Assembly: GCA_052035175.1 (NCBI GenBank)
Contig: JBPOHV010000001.1
Location: forward strand, 703,771 to 767,770
DNA length: 64,000 bases
Source: a candidate division WWE3 bacterium
GTDB taxonomy: Bacteria; Patescibacteriota; WWE3; UBA101185; UBA10185
Direction: 5' to 3'
Shown here: piece after piece, positions 1 to 9,955 of the stretch
How the letters are laid out: the number at the start of each line of letters is the position of its first letter
Numbering within the stretch: position 1 is the first letter of the stretch
Notes under the pieces: model-generated
The model's input: the letters and a program-made list of their open reading frames with translations, nothing else
Told to the model about the DNA's origin: nothing
The model's database searches: none
Position numbers and translations under genes: made by a program

Positions 1-2
1 TT

Positions 3-179
3 GGAATAAGCTTTGGATACAAATACTTACCATTAGGCGTTTTGGCTACAGTATTATCCTCTGAAACCTTTATCTCACTGTGGATTTCACATAAAAAGTA
101 TAATGAAAAGGATCTTGGCATAAAGATATTTGCCTCAATAGTAGCTTTCATAGGCTTGTTAATACTTTTCATTTTCTAA
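3..179 (+). CDS. C-terminal fragment of an EamA/DMT-like membrane protein (5'-truncated by window edge)
   Basis: Own translation: GISFGYKYLPLGVLATVLSSETFISLWISHKKYNEKDLGIKIFASIVAFIGLLILFIF*, an EamA-like ending. Confidence 0.55.
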   Translation, partial: GISFGYKYLPLGVLATVLSSETFISLWISHKKYNEKDLGIKIFASIVAFIGLLILFIF

Positions 180-344
180 ACAGTAATTTGCAAATGTATT
201 GACAAAGTATTTTATGTATGTAATTAATGCATGTAATGAACGCAGAATTATTCGCACAAGTTAATACCTTCCATTGGGCACACTCTATTGAGCTGGGTAT
301 TTGACTTTGCGTGTTCATTTTTTAAACTTTTAAACTAAATAAAC

Positions 345-372
345 GCTCGGAGTCAGATTCCGAGCTTTTTTT
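345..372 (+). terminator. Intrinsic terminator-like hairpin
   Basis: GCTCGGAGTC-AGAT-TCCGAGC followed by a T-run. Confidence 0.6.
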
Positions 373-484
373 ATTTTTATTGGAAATTTTTTTCACAAGA
401 AAATCTAAAAAGTTAATAAGGGAATCAATCCAAACTGGAGACCAATTTGGACCTATTTGGATTTCTAAAAAAAGGAGCCAAACC

Positions 485-577
485 ATGTACGCCAAAGATA
501 CGTCTTGGAAAGATGAATGGCACGGCAAATCTGCTGATGACACTCATCGTCGGACTGCAGACGACACACACCGCTAA
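485..577 (+). CDS. Putative 30-aa peptide with ADDTHR repeat
   Basis: AAGGAG 7 nt before ATG at 485; the two ADDTHR copies differ only at synonymous positions; hairpins follow the stop. Confidence 0.5.
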   Translation: MYAKDTSWKDEWHGKSADDTHRRTADDTHR

Positions 578-674
578 ATTTTAGCGGAAAACTATGGTTG
601 AGCGAGAAGCTTGTTTAGCTTGTCACCAGACAGCTTCTCGCTCAACACCATTTTATCAAATTGGAGATATGAAA

Positions 675-2204
675 ATGTTTAGTAAAAATATAAAAATACA
701 AAAGCTTCTTGAATATGCTAAAGAAATCAAATCATTAGACGGTATTTCTAGTTTACTTAGTTGGGATCAAAACACAGGTATGCCAGCAAATGCATCAAAT
801 GCTCGTGGATATCAGCGTGGCTTAATGGCTAGTATAGAACATGAAAAGCTTACAAACAAAGCGTTTGGTAAAGTTGTGCAGGATTTAGAAACAGAAATAT
901 ACAACACGCCTGAAAAATTTACACTTTATGATAAAGCGCTAATACGCGAGTCAAAAAGATTGTACGATGAAGCAACTAAACTGTCAGAAAAGTTTGTTAG
1001 GAAATATGAAGAAATCACATCCAAAGCATTTGGTTCTTGGAAAGACGCAAAAACAGCTGGCAATTTTCAACTATTTGCCAACGACTTAGCCAATGTTGTA
1101 GATCTTAAATTGGAAGAAACTGAATATATAGGGTACGAAAGTTCACCGTATGACGCACTATTAAATCAATATGAACCTGGACTAACCGAAAAGTTGGTTG
1201 CCGAAATATTTGACCCACTCAAAAGCTTTAGTCTAGATTTTTTGAAAAAGATTCAATTATCAAAAATTACGATTGATACTTCGATACTTAATCGAGAATA
1301 CGATAGTCAAAAACAATTAGAAGTCAGCAAAGAGATTGCGCAAGGTATAGGATTTAATTTTGACAGTGGGCGTCTAGATCAAGCACCACACCCATTTACG
1401 ACTTATATAGGCACGTCTGATGACGTAAGAATCACTACACGTGTAATTAAAGATTATATCCCCTACTCTATCCTGGCAGCAATACACGAATGCGGCCACG
1501 GCATGTACGAACAAAACATAGATAAACAGCTTGCACTGACGTATCTGTCGAGGGGAATATCTTATGGAATTCACGAATCACAATCACGCATGTGGGAAAA
1601 TATGATTGGAAGAAGTCCAGAGTTCTGGGAATTTTGGTTCACAAAGTTACAAGTCAAGTTTCCAACAATACTAAAAATGGATGAGAAAGATGTGTTTATC
1701 AAAGCTTTGAATAAAGTTACACCAGACCTCATACGCGTAGATGCAAACGAAGTGACATATAACTTACACATAATCTTGCGATTCGAAATCGAAAAAGCTC
1801 TTTTGACTAAACAAATAAGTGTGCGCGATTTGCCTGAAATATGGAATTCGAAAACTAAAGAGTACTTTGGACTTATTCCAAAGAATGACGCTGAAGGAGT
1901 TTTGCAAGATATTCACTGGTCAAAGGGGTCATTTGGTTACTTTCCTACATATACACTGGGAAATATATATGCTGCACAATTTTGGAATACAATACGTGAA
2001 AAGTTGCCAGCTTTAAAAAGTGATCTTCAAGCCGGTAACTTTTCAAACCTGAATACTTGGTTAAAAGAAAACATTCAAAAGTATGGTAAAGCCTATACGG
2101 CTGATGAAATATGTATAAAAGTAACTGGAGAAAAACTCAATAGTAAATATTTGATAGAGTATATTGGCAATAAATTTAGTAGAATCTATACAGACATAAA
2201 ATGA
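675..2204 (+). CDS. Carboxypeptidase, M32 (Taq) family
   Basis: HECGH zinc motif, HPF, HESQSR, GVLQDIHW, GYFPTY. Start moved from 594 to 675 (or 669), after GGAG; 594-650 is a hairpin. Confidence 0.93.
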   Translation: MFSKNIKIQKLLEYAKEIKSLDGISSLLSWDQNTGMPANASNARGYQRGLMASIEHEKLTNKAFGKVVQDLETEIYNTPEKFTLYDKALIRESKRLYDEATKLSEKFVRKYEEITSKAFGSWKDAKTAGNFQLFANDLANVVDLKLEETEYIGYESSPYDALLNQYEPGLTEKLVAEIFDPLKSFSLDFLKKIQLSKITIDTSILNREYDSQKQLEVSKEIAQGIGFNFDSGRLDQAPHPFTTYIGTSDDVRITTRVIKDYIPYSILAAIHECGHGMYEQNIDKQLALTYLSRGISYGIHESQSRMWENMIGRSPEFWEFWFTKLQVKFPTILKMDEKDVFIKALNKVTPDLIRVDANEVTYNLHIILRFEIEKALLTKQISVRDLPEIWNSKTKEYFGLIPKNDAEGVLQDIHWSKGSFGYFPTYTLGNIYAAQFWNTIREKLPALKSDLQAGNFSNLNTWLKENIQKYGKAYTADEICIKVTGEKLNSKYLIEYIGNKFSRIYTDIK

Positions 2205-3469
2205 AAAACACAATATCAACACAACCATATAAAGGATCGCGTGACTTCTTCCCTGAAGATATGCGCGTCAGAAATTATATTTTTGATACTTGGCGCAAAG
2301 TTTGTCGCAGCTTTGGTTATGAAGAGTACGACGGGCCATTCCTAGAAACATACGAACTTTATGCAGCCAAATCAGGTGAAGAACTAGTAAACACACAACT
2401 GTACACATTTACAGATAAAGGTGAGCGCAAGGTTGCTATAAGACCAGAAATGACCCCCACTCTAGCACGCATGGTTGCTCAAAAATCTGGTAGTTTAACA
2501 AAACCCATTAGATGGTTTAGTATTCCAAATTTATGGCGATACGAAAAACCACAAAGAGGTCGCCTAAGAGAGTTTTTTCAATTAAATGTAGACATATTTG
2601 GCGTGGATACAATGGAAGCTGATTTTGAAATAATATACCTAATTACACAAATAATGGAAAAGCTAGGTGCAACAAACAAAATGTTTGAAATCAGGCTTAA
2701 CAACCGTTATTTGACAAATGAAATATACGAAAAGTTAGGCTTTAAAACAACTCAATTTACACCAGTGAGTAAGATATTGGACCGCAAGAACAAAATAACA
2801 CAATCAGAATTTGAAACAGCGCTTAAAGATGAAGCTGGGTTAGATCAAACACAAATTAAAGCTTTTTCTCTATTTTTGGAAGATCCATACAAACTTTTGA
2901 CAAACACACGCGGAGCTACAGAGTTAAACACTTTGCTTCAATACGCTGAAAATGCAGGCATTGCGAAATATCTGAAATATGACCCAACTATTATCCGTGG
3001 GCTAGATTACTATACAGGTAATGTCTTTGAGCAATTTGACCTAAACCCCGAAAACAATCGAGCTATGTTTGGTGGAGGCAGGTACGATGACTTAATAGAA
3101 ATTTTTGATAAGCCCAAGCTCCCAGCAGTTGGATTTGGCATGGGAGATGTACCCATGGAGTTGTTTTTAAAATCTTGGGATTTGTTGCCAAATATGGATC
3201 AAACTGAAACAGATTATCTTGTAACTTTGTGGCCAAGTGATGACGCGCAATTTTTTGCTGCATCGCTAGCGGCAGCCAAAAAATTGCGCCAAACAAGTTA
3301 TAATTGCGAGACCTGGCTAACACCGAATACACCAATATCAAAACAAATTAGTTATGCCAATAAAAAGAATATCAAAAACGTGGTAATAATTGGCGAAGAA
3401 GAACTAAAACAAAATAAAGTAACAATCAAAGATTTATCAACAGGTCAACAGCAAATAATAAGTTTATAA
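2201..3469 (+). CDS. hisS: Histidine--tRNA ligase
   Basis: RPEMTP, RYEKPQRGRLREF, RGLDYYTG, GGGRYD, anticodon-binding C-terminus. Confidence 0.97.
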   Translation: MKNTISTQPYKGSRDFFPEDMRVRNYIFDTWRKVCRSFGYEEYDGPFLETYELYAAKSGEELVNTQLYTFTDKGERKVAIRPEMTPTLARMVAQKSGSLTKPIRWFSIPNLWRYEKPQRGRLREFFQLNVDIFGVDTMEADFEIIYLITQIMEKLGATNKMFEIRLNNRYLTNEIYEKLGFKTTQFTPVSKILDRKNKITQSEFETALKDEAGLDQTQIKAFSLFLEDPYKLLTNTRGATELNTLLQYAENAGIAKYLKYDPTIIRGLDYYTGNVFEQFDLNPENNRAMFGGGRYDDLIEIFDKPKLPAVGFGMGDVPMELFLKSWDLLPNMDQTETDYLVTLWPSDDAQFFAASLAAAKKLRQTSYNCETWLTPNTPISKQISYANKKNIKNVVIIGEEELKQNKVTIKDLSTGQQQIISL

Positions 3470-3496
3470 TAGCTTTTCATTTGGTATCATACATAC

Positions 3497-4471
3497 ATGA
3501 CTCCTGCCAGACGTAACGCAATTATTCAAGTTTTCTTAGCAAACCTTATTTGGGCAGGTGCAGCTTCTATAATAAAGCTAACGTTGCAAGATATACCTCC
3601 ATTCAGCTTTTTATTTATCAGACTTTTAGTAGTGTGCTTGATATTACTCCCCTACGCGCTTTTCCTCATAAGACAAGAAAATGTAAATAAAAAAGATTAT
3701 TTCAATATTATATTAATAGGTATATGTTCACAAAGCGCATTGGCTTTTGTCTTTTTAGGTCTGAAATACACCACATCGATCGATATGACAATAATCGGCC
3801 TTATAGCCCCAGTACTATCTGTAGCCTTAGGCCATTATTTTTACAAAGAAGAAATCGGACCTAATATTAAAGTGGGATTACTACTTGTAACAGTAGGCTC
3901 GCTGATAATATTAACCGGGCCTACAATTCATAGTACAACTGGTATAACTATTGGGCAAAAGATGTTTGGAAACTTCTTGATCATTTTAAATAGCTTAGCA
4001 TTAGTACTTTATATATTTGCAACGAAAATAAGCCTGGGACAAACAAGTCCTAATATTAAACGCAACATCAAATTACTCAAACTCAAACCTATGACAAAGC
4101 AATACACACCTGAATTACTCACTACAGTCTCATTTTACATAGGTCTATTAACAACAACACCACTTGCTTTTATAGAAGGCTTGGGAGGTTTTGGCTTAGA
4201 ATCCACCTTTTCATTTTCAGAATTCACACCTCAATCAATAGCCGGGCTAGCTTACATGATCTTTTTATCCTCGATTGTGGCTTACTTTTGCTTTGGAAAA
4301 GGCGTTAAAGACGCTACAGTAACAGATACTGCGATAATAGGCTATTTAGGGCCTTTGATGGCTTTACCCTTCGCATACCTGCTCCTTAGAGAAGTACCTA
4401 CGGTAAACGATATTATTGCAGGAGGCTTAATTGCGGCTGGCGTACTAATTGCTGAATTCCACAAAAACTGA
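3497..4471 (+). CDS. EamA/DMT family transporter
   Basis: About 10 TM helices in two EamA-like halves. Confidence 0.85.
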   Translation: MTPARRNAIIQVFLANLIWAGAASIIKLTLQDIPPFSFLFIRLLVVCLILLPYALFLIRQENVNKKDYFNIILIGICSQSALAFVFLGLKYTTSIDMTIIGLIAPVLSVALGHYFYKEEIGPNIKVGLLLVTVGSLIILTGPTIHSTTGITIGQKMFGNFLIILNSLALVLYIFATKISLGQTSPNIKRNIKLLKLKPMTKQYTPELLTTVSFYIGLLTTTPLAFIEGLGGFGLESTFSFSEFTPQSIAGLAYMIFLSSIVAYFCFGKGVKDATVTDTAIIGYLGPLMALPFAYLLLREVPTVNDIIAGGLIAAGVLIAEFHKN

Positions 4472-4499
4472 TAGAATGCCATAGCTTTAGGAGTCAATT

Positions 4500-4733
4500 A
4501 TGAAAAAAGAGATACATCCAAAACTTAATAAAAACTGTGTAGTATCATGTGCTTGTGGCAATAAATTTACTACTATATCTACAAAAGAAGCCATTTCTGT
4601 GGACGTTTGTAGCAAATGTCACCCACTATTTACCAACTCTCAAAGATTGGTAGATACTGAAGGTAGAGTTGAGAAGTTTAATCGCCGTTTAGAAGTCATT
4701 AAACAAAAGCAACAAGCATCCAAGAAAAAATAG
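4500..4733 (+). CDS. rpmE: 50S ribosomal protein L31 (Zn-binding type)
   Basis: MKKEIHP, CACG...CSKCHP, GRVEKF. Confidence 0.97.
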   Translation: MKKEIHPKLNKNCVVSCACGNKFTTISTKEAISVDVCSKCHPLFTNSQRLVDTEGRVEKFNRRLEVIKQKQQASKKK

Positions 4734-5720
4734 ATGCAAGATACCTCTAAATATATAGAAGAATCTATACTCCAAACTCAACAAAAAGCAGCAGAGTTGC
4801 AGAAGTTACTCGAAGAGGCAAAAGCAAAAACTGACCATGACCTAGAAGTTATGGTACAAACCGAACTAGAAACAATAAATCAAGAAATAAAAGAATTACA
4901 AGAATCCCTAGAAACCATTGCGCACTCGGCACAAACCGACTTGAAAAAAACAGAAGTTGGTATAGACATTAACCCAAATATAGCTACTCTAGAAATTAGA
5001 GCAGGTACAGGTGGCCTAGAAGCAGGTTTATTTGCCTCAGATTTATTTAATATGTACTTACGCTTTGCAATTCTACAAAACTGGAAAACTGAAGAGATAT
5101 TCATGTCTGAAAGCGAGATGGGAGCTATAAAAACCGTTGCTTTACAAATAAAAGGTAAAAATTGCTATGAACTTTTGAAAAATGAATCTGGCGTACACAG
5201 GGTACAACGCATACCTTCAACTGAAAGCGGTGGAAGAATACACACATCAACTGCAACCGTAGCTGTTTTACCAGAAGTAAAAATGACATCCATTGAAATA
5301 AAACCCGATGACTTAAAATGGGATTTTTTTAGATCTGGCGGCAAAGGCGGACAAAACGTTAATAAAGTTTCTACAGCAGTAAGACTTACACATATACCAA
5401 CAGGGTTAATAGTCGAATGCCAAGAAGAACGCTATCAAGGAAAAAACCGTGAAAAAGCTTTGCAAATGCTAGAGTCAAAAATATATACCGCCATGCAAGA
5501 ACAACAAGTAAAAAGCATAACGGAAATTAGAACCGGACAAGTAGGAACCGGTGAACGCAGTGAAAAAATACGCACTTACAACTTTCCACAAGATCGTATT
5601 ACCGATCATAGAATTAATCAAAATTTTCATAATATACCAAGTATACTCAACGGCAATATTTCTGACGTATTAGAAGCCATGAAACAGTTGAATAAAGTAG
5701 AAACATCATCAAGCCAATAA
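4734..5720 (+). CDS. prfA: Peptide chain release factor 1
   Basis: GGQ motif, PxT (RIPST) specificity motif, RSEKIRTYNFPQ. Confidence 0.95.
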   Translation: MQDTSKYIEESILQTQQKAAELQKLLEEAKAKTDHDLEVMVQTELETINQEIKELQESLETIAHSAQTDLKKTEVGIDINPNIATLEIRAGTGGLEAGLFASDLFNMYLRFAILQNWKTEEIFMSESEMGAIKTVALQIKGKNCYELLKNESGVHRVQRIPSTESGGRIHTSTATVAVLPEVKMTSIEIKPDDLKWDFFRSGGKGGQNVNKVSTAVRLTHIPTGLIVECQEERYQGKNREKALQMLESKIYTAMQEQQVKSITEIRTGQVGTGERSEKIRTYNFPQDRITDHRINQNFHNIPSILNGNISDVLEAMKQLNKVETSSSQ

Positions 5721-5790
5721 ATTTAAACACTATCTTCAATTAAATTGGTTTGAATTCACTAGACCCAAATAGATTAGATACGCTAATTAA

Positions 5791-7017
5791 CTAAAGTTTT
5801 TTTGCTAACTCCAAAGCTTTGTCCAGTTGTAAATCTTGAGTATTATCTTTTGAACCCTCGGGATAAAGGTCAACTTCTACATCTGGTTGTAAGCCTTTAC
5901 CATGCACCCATTCCTTTTTTGGTGTAAGCCATTTTTCTATAGTCAAATGCAGTGAAGACCCATCACTAAACTCCTTGGATTCTTGGATTGTACCTTTACC
6001 GTAAGACTTCTTTCCTATCAATGTAGCGCTCTTATTATCTTTCAAAGCAGCTGCCAAAATTTCTGATGCCGAAGCACTACCTTCATCAATTAATACATAA
6101 ATTGCAGGAACTTTAGTCAAAGTACCTGTTCTTGTTGCTTTTATGGGTATGTCTTCACCTAGCGCAGTATGTCTAAACAAAACTGGAACGTCACTCATAA
6201 ATTCTTCTGCTAAATACACTGCAGAATTTAGATAACCGCCCGGATTACTCCTTACGTCGACAATAACTGCATCTAGTTGATCCATTTTAAGATTTATTTC
6301 TGATACAGACTTGGCCCAGTCTGCATTTGTTGAGTCTCCAAATCTACTAACTCTAATATATGCGGTACCATCGCCTTTATCTTCCCACGATACACTGGGC
6401 ACGGTGATAGCGCCACGCAAAATAGACACATCACGAGGCGCATCTGTACCTGTTTGAATTGTTAAAGTTACACTACTCCCCTGCTTACCTCTTATTTTGG
6501 CAACGGCATCAGTCAATGTACCGCTGCTCGTAGGCTGACCATCGATAGCCAAAATTCTATCTCGTGGTCTCAGCCCAGCAGCTTTTGCGGGAGAACCATC
6601 AAAAGGAGAAATGACTATGATTGCACCTTCTTCAAGTCCTAATTGTGCACCAATACCCTCATACTCGCCGTTGAGACTTTCACCAAACTCATCGTTGAGC
6701 TGCGGAGTTAAAAATGCAGTATGAGGATCACCCAATGCTCTAACCATACCCTCAACCGCGCCGTACAACATTTTTTTTGGATCAACAGGACGTTCTAAAT
6801 ATTCAGAATTAATAAGTTTCCATACATCCCAAAAAAGTCCGAAATCTATAGACTGATCATTAGGATTTTGATTAACAATCTTTACTTCAATCGGATGGCT
6901 AAGTATTTCAAATAAATACCCACGCTTCCCCATATAATAGCCACCATAAAAAAATGAAATAGCACACAGTAAAGTTATTAATAATCTCTGAAATTTTTCA
7001 AAAGTCATAGTTTTCAA
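5791..7017 (-). CDS. ctpA: S41 family carboxyl-terminal processing protease
   Basis: N-terminal TM, PDZ (GIGA), DVRSNPGG, SASASEI, GKGTIQ. Confidence 0.9.
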   Translation of the reverse strand: MKTMTFEKFQRLLITLLCAISFFYGGYYMGKRGYLFEILSHPIEVKIVNQNPNDQSIDFGLFWDVWKLINSEYLERPVDPKKMLYGAVEGMVRALGDPHTAFLTPQLNDEFGESLNGEYEGIGAQLGLEEGAIIVISPFDGSPAKAAGLRPRDRILAIDGQPTSSGTLTDAVAKIRGKQGSSVTLTIQTGTDAPRDVSILRGAITVPSVSWEDKGDGTAYIRVSRFGDSTNADWAKSVSEINLKMDQLDAVIVDVRSNPGGYLNSAVYLAEEFMSDVPVLFRHTALGEDIPIKATRTGTLTKVPAIYVLIDEGSASASEILAAALKDNKSATLIGKKSYGKGTIQESKEFSDGSSLHLTIEKWLTPKKEWVHGKGLQPDVEVDLYPEGSKDNTQDLQLDKALELAKKL

Positions 7018-7823
7018 CTCAATAAAAAGATGTTTGGAATATGTATCTCCAATGGTTCATCATTTTTTTCGACTTTAACAAATATACTCGCATCACGAAC
7101 GCTGTCAACCACACAAATTTCTCCAAAGTAAGGTTTTTGGAATATTAGAGCAGCTTGACCCTTGCGTACTAGCTTAAAAACAGGCGTTTTCAATTCCAAA
7201 GCCTTAAATTGAGTCTCTACTGGAATTCTTATTCTTTTTGTCTCACCTTGAAAAAATACGAATCTATTTGAAACGACATTTAAATAGTCATAAACTTGCA
7301 TAGGCGTTCTACGATTACCAAATGACGTAATTACGCCTATTTCTAAACCCACGCTTAATGCGTACAAATAATCTTCGTACAACATACTTCCTACCAAAAG
7401 CGCACCGATTTTTAAATTGCTCGCTTTTTTAACGATATCTTTGTCTATATACTCGCCTGCATAAATTATTTTACCTTCAGACTTTTTTGAATAGTTTTCT
7501 AGATAATGCGGTATTAGCTTCATGTCAGGATTTGGAAAAGTAACGAGCTCACCAGATACAACTCCTCGCGAGCTAGCAAAAAAGTTTACATCTACTACTT
7601 GGGTCTTGAGAAGTATCGATGAGTTATCTACCACGTCGACAACCTCACCCCATAAACCAGCTAGTAAGGTGTATATTTGATTATTTGACGTACACTCACC
7701 CATTTCATCATACGGTTTTACGTATGACTTTTTTTTAACACTCAAAGTACCTTGAGAGGGCAAATTTCTCTCGATAAGAACACCATTTCTCTTTATAAGT
7801 TTATACAAAACAGGTAAATGCAC
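7014..7823 (-). CDS. Hypothetical protein with possible C-terminal KOW-like domain
   Basis: Long ORF translationally coupled to neighbours; no family recognised with confidence. Confidence 0.6.
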   Translation of the reverse strand: MHLPVLYKLIKRNGVLIERNLPSQGTLSVKKKSYVKPYDEMGECTSNNQIYTLLAGLWGEVVDVVDNSSILLKTQVVDVNFFASSRGVVSGELVTFPNPDMKLIPHYLENYSKKSEGKIIYAGEYIDKDIVKKASNLKIGALLVGSMLYEDYLYALSVGLEIGVITSFGNRRTPMQVYDYLNVVSNRFVFFQGETKRIRIPVETQFKALELKTPVFKLVRKGQAALIFQKPYFGEICVVDSVRDASIFVKVEKNDEPLEIHIPNIFLLS

Positions 7824-8795
7824 TCAAAAAGCTCCTTTCAGCACTTCAAGCTTATCTACATATTTTTTGACCATATCAGATGACGCGTGCTCTTTCTTGT
7901 TCCGGCAATCCAAAACGATATAGTTTGGCGTTTCATCGCGTTTTAATGCATACTCGCGTAAACCTAGCAATTTACCTTTCACCGATATTTTTTGAAGTGC
8001 AAAATTACCTAGTGGAATTATAAATATATCGTTTGCCAAAACATCAACTAATTGCTTAGAGCCATCTTCAAAATCAAGTAGACACTCGATTCCGGTTGGA
8101 TCATTTAACAAAGCAATTAAGTGATATGGCTTTGTTTTGACGCGTAGAGAAGATACACAAAATGTATCATACAGATCTATAAAGATATTATAGTAGCCTG
8201 GACTACTAACTAAACTGGTCAGTAAGTGTAATCTATACGCTTCTTTATCTTTTTGTAAAAGTCTACCGCCGGTAAATAAAATCTTGGAATTATCAGGAAA
8301 CTCTATATCAACAGAAGCATAAAACTCATCTCTAAGAACTTGATCTTCAACATCATTCAAAACGATATTCGGTAAAACCGATTGTGTAAAAACATATGAT
8401 TTGTTCAAAAACTCAGTTGGAACATAACTTATAACTTTTTGAGAAACACCTACTGTAAAGAGTCCAAGATAACAAGCAATATAAGTATCATCACTCAAAC
8501 TGCTTTGCAAAGTACTATGATCCTTCAAGTCTACAATCACTGTATTTATTAGCTTTGTCGAAATCCCAATATAATCTTTTGTAATTATATGCATTGCTTC
8601 AGCCAAGAAGTCTTTTTCTGATATGTAGGATGTAAAAAAATCTAAATAAGGATAACGGAAAACACCGCTAGTCTTGGCCGCTGAACCCAAATCTAAGTTT
8701 GGTGTGTCTAAAATATAAGAAATCCCCTCGTAATGATTTATGAGATATAAAGTGTTGGTAGATAGACTGCGAGAAGCAGAAAGAGTTTTGGGCAT
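7824..8795 (-). CDS. Hypothetical protein
   Basis: 323-aa ORF in an operon after rpsR. Confidence 0.6.
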   Translation of the reverse strand: MPKTLSASRSLSTNTLYLINHYEGISYILDTPNLDLGSAAKTSGVFRYPYLDFFTSYISEKDFLAEAMHIITKDYIGISTKLINTVIVDLKDHSTLQSSLSDDTYIACYLGLFTVGVSQKVISYVPTEFLNKSYVFTQSVLPNIVLNDVEDQVLRDEFYASVDIEFPDNSKILFTGGRLLQKDKEAYRLHLLTSLVSSPGYYNIFIDLYDTFCVSSLRVKTKPYHLIALLNDPTGIECLLDFEDGSKQLVDVLANDIFIIPLGNFALQKISVKGKLLGLREYALKRDETPNYIVLDCRNKKEHASSDMVKKYVDKLEVLKGAF

Positions 8796-8807
8796 GGGAA
8801 AATCATA

Positions 8808-9068
8808 TCAGATAGCGTGTTTATCTGTATATGGTATCAATGCCATAAAACGTGCTTTTTTTACTTCTCTTGTCAAAAGTCTTTGATTCTTTGATGTCAA
8901 CCCATTGTATTTTTGTGGGATTACTTTACTTCTATCTGTTATAAATCTGCGTAGAACCAAGACATTCTTATAGTCTGGTTTTGTACCAGTTTCTGTAAAA
9001 TAACATTCTTTAGTTCTATTATCTTGTCTATTATTACTTGTATTATCGTGATTAGTGTCTTTTATCAT
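8808..9068 (-). CDS. rpsR: 30S ribosomal protein S18
   Basis: DYKNVLVLRRFITDRSKVIP...QRLLTREVKKARFMALIPY; start moved to the ATG at 9068. Confidence 0.95.
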   Translation of the reverse strand: MIKDTNHDNTSNNRQDNRTKECYFTETGTKPDYKNVLVLRRFITDRSKVIPQKYNGLTSKNQRLLTREVKKARFMALIPYTDKHAI

Positions 9069-9072
9069 ATGT

Positions 9073-9534
9073 TTAATTAGAATCACCAGCTAAATCGTCT
9101 AGATTTAGATCATCCAAATTTATTTCTTCATGAGTTGTATCCATTGAATCAGGTTGTACATGTGAAGATTCTTCTACATCACCTTCACCACCATAACTAC
9201 CAGATTGTTTGAGAACTATCATGTCTTCTATTACTACTTCTGTTTTGTACTTCTTTACACCAGTGTTATCAACCCAATCTCGTGTTTGTAAACGACCCTC
9301 TACGTATACTTTTGTACCTTTTTTGAGTAATTGGCCACAGATTTCTGCTAATTTATTCCAAGCCACTACGCTATGAAAATCAGCAACTTGCTTTGTTTCA
9401 GAATCTGTTTTCCATTCACGATTTGTAGCTACAACAAAACTTGCAACTGCAGTACCTTGTGGAGTGTACCTCACCTCAGGATCTCTTGTTAAATTACCAA
9501 CTAATATAACTTTATTTACACTTCTTGAAGCCAT
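9073..9534 (-). CDS. ssb: Single-stranded DNA-binding protein
   Basis: VNKVILVGNLTRDPEVRYT, VYVEGRLQTR; GGAGG before MASRS. Confidence 0.96.
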   Translation of the reverse strand: MASRSVNKVILVGNLTRDPEVRYTPQGTAVASFVVATNREWKTDSETKQVADFHSVVAWNKLAEICGQLLKKGTKVYVEGRLQTRDWVDNTGVKKYKTEVVIEDMIVLKQSGSYGGEGDVEESSHVQPDSMDTTHEEINLDDLNLDDLAGDSN

Positions 9535-9546
9535 ATTTGCCTCCAA

Positions 9547-9834
9547 TCAGCTTTGCGCTGTAACCAAATACCTTATTAAACCATTTAAATAGTTCATCTT
9601 TGTTTTGAAATCTTGAAGTTTTAATGAGTCTAATTCAAATAAGATTACTTCATAAAACCCTTCAGATTTAGTACCTATTTGATAAGAAAATTTCCTTTTA
9701 CCCCAAGAATCATGTTTTGTAACAGTACCGCCCAAATCAGAGATCAAGGCTTTGATTTTTTCTACTAGTTGAGCAGCACCCTCTTGGCCCAAAACAGAAT
9801 CTTCTATTGTCATTACTTCATATTTTTTTAACAT
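9547..9834 (-). CDS. rpsF: 30S ribosomal protein S6
   Basis: YEVMTI, WGKRKFSYQI, rpsF-ssb-rpsR order. Confidence 0.95.
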   Translation of the reverse strand: MLKKYEVMTIEDSVLGQEGAAQLVEKIKALISDLGGTVTKHDSWGKRKFSYQIGTKSEGFYEVILFELDSLKLQDFKTKMNYLNGLIRYLVTAQS

Positions 9835-9955
9835 AGTCGATTATTGAGAGATTATACAAACAACCCCTACAAATTGCTATTCCCCAAATTCTAATAATAC
9901 TGGACAAAGCATTGAGAATACTACATCAAAAATGCCGGTTTTGCAATAAAAACCT

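Noticed and set aside
594-668. CxxCH (CLACH) heme-like motif at the start of the M32 ORF
   Set aside because: It is translated from a hairpin upstream of the likely SD-led start, so probably not part of the protein
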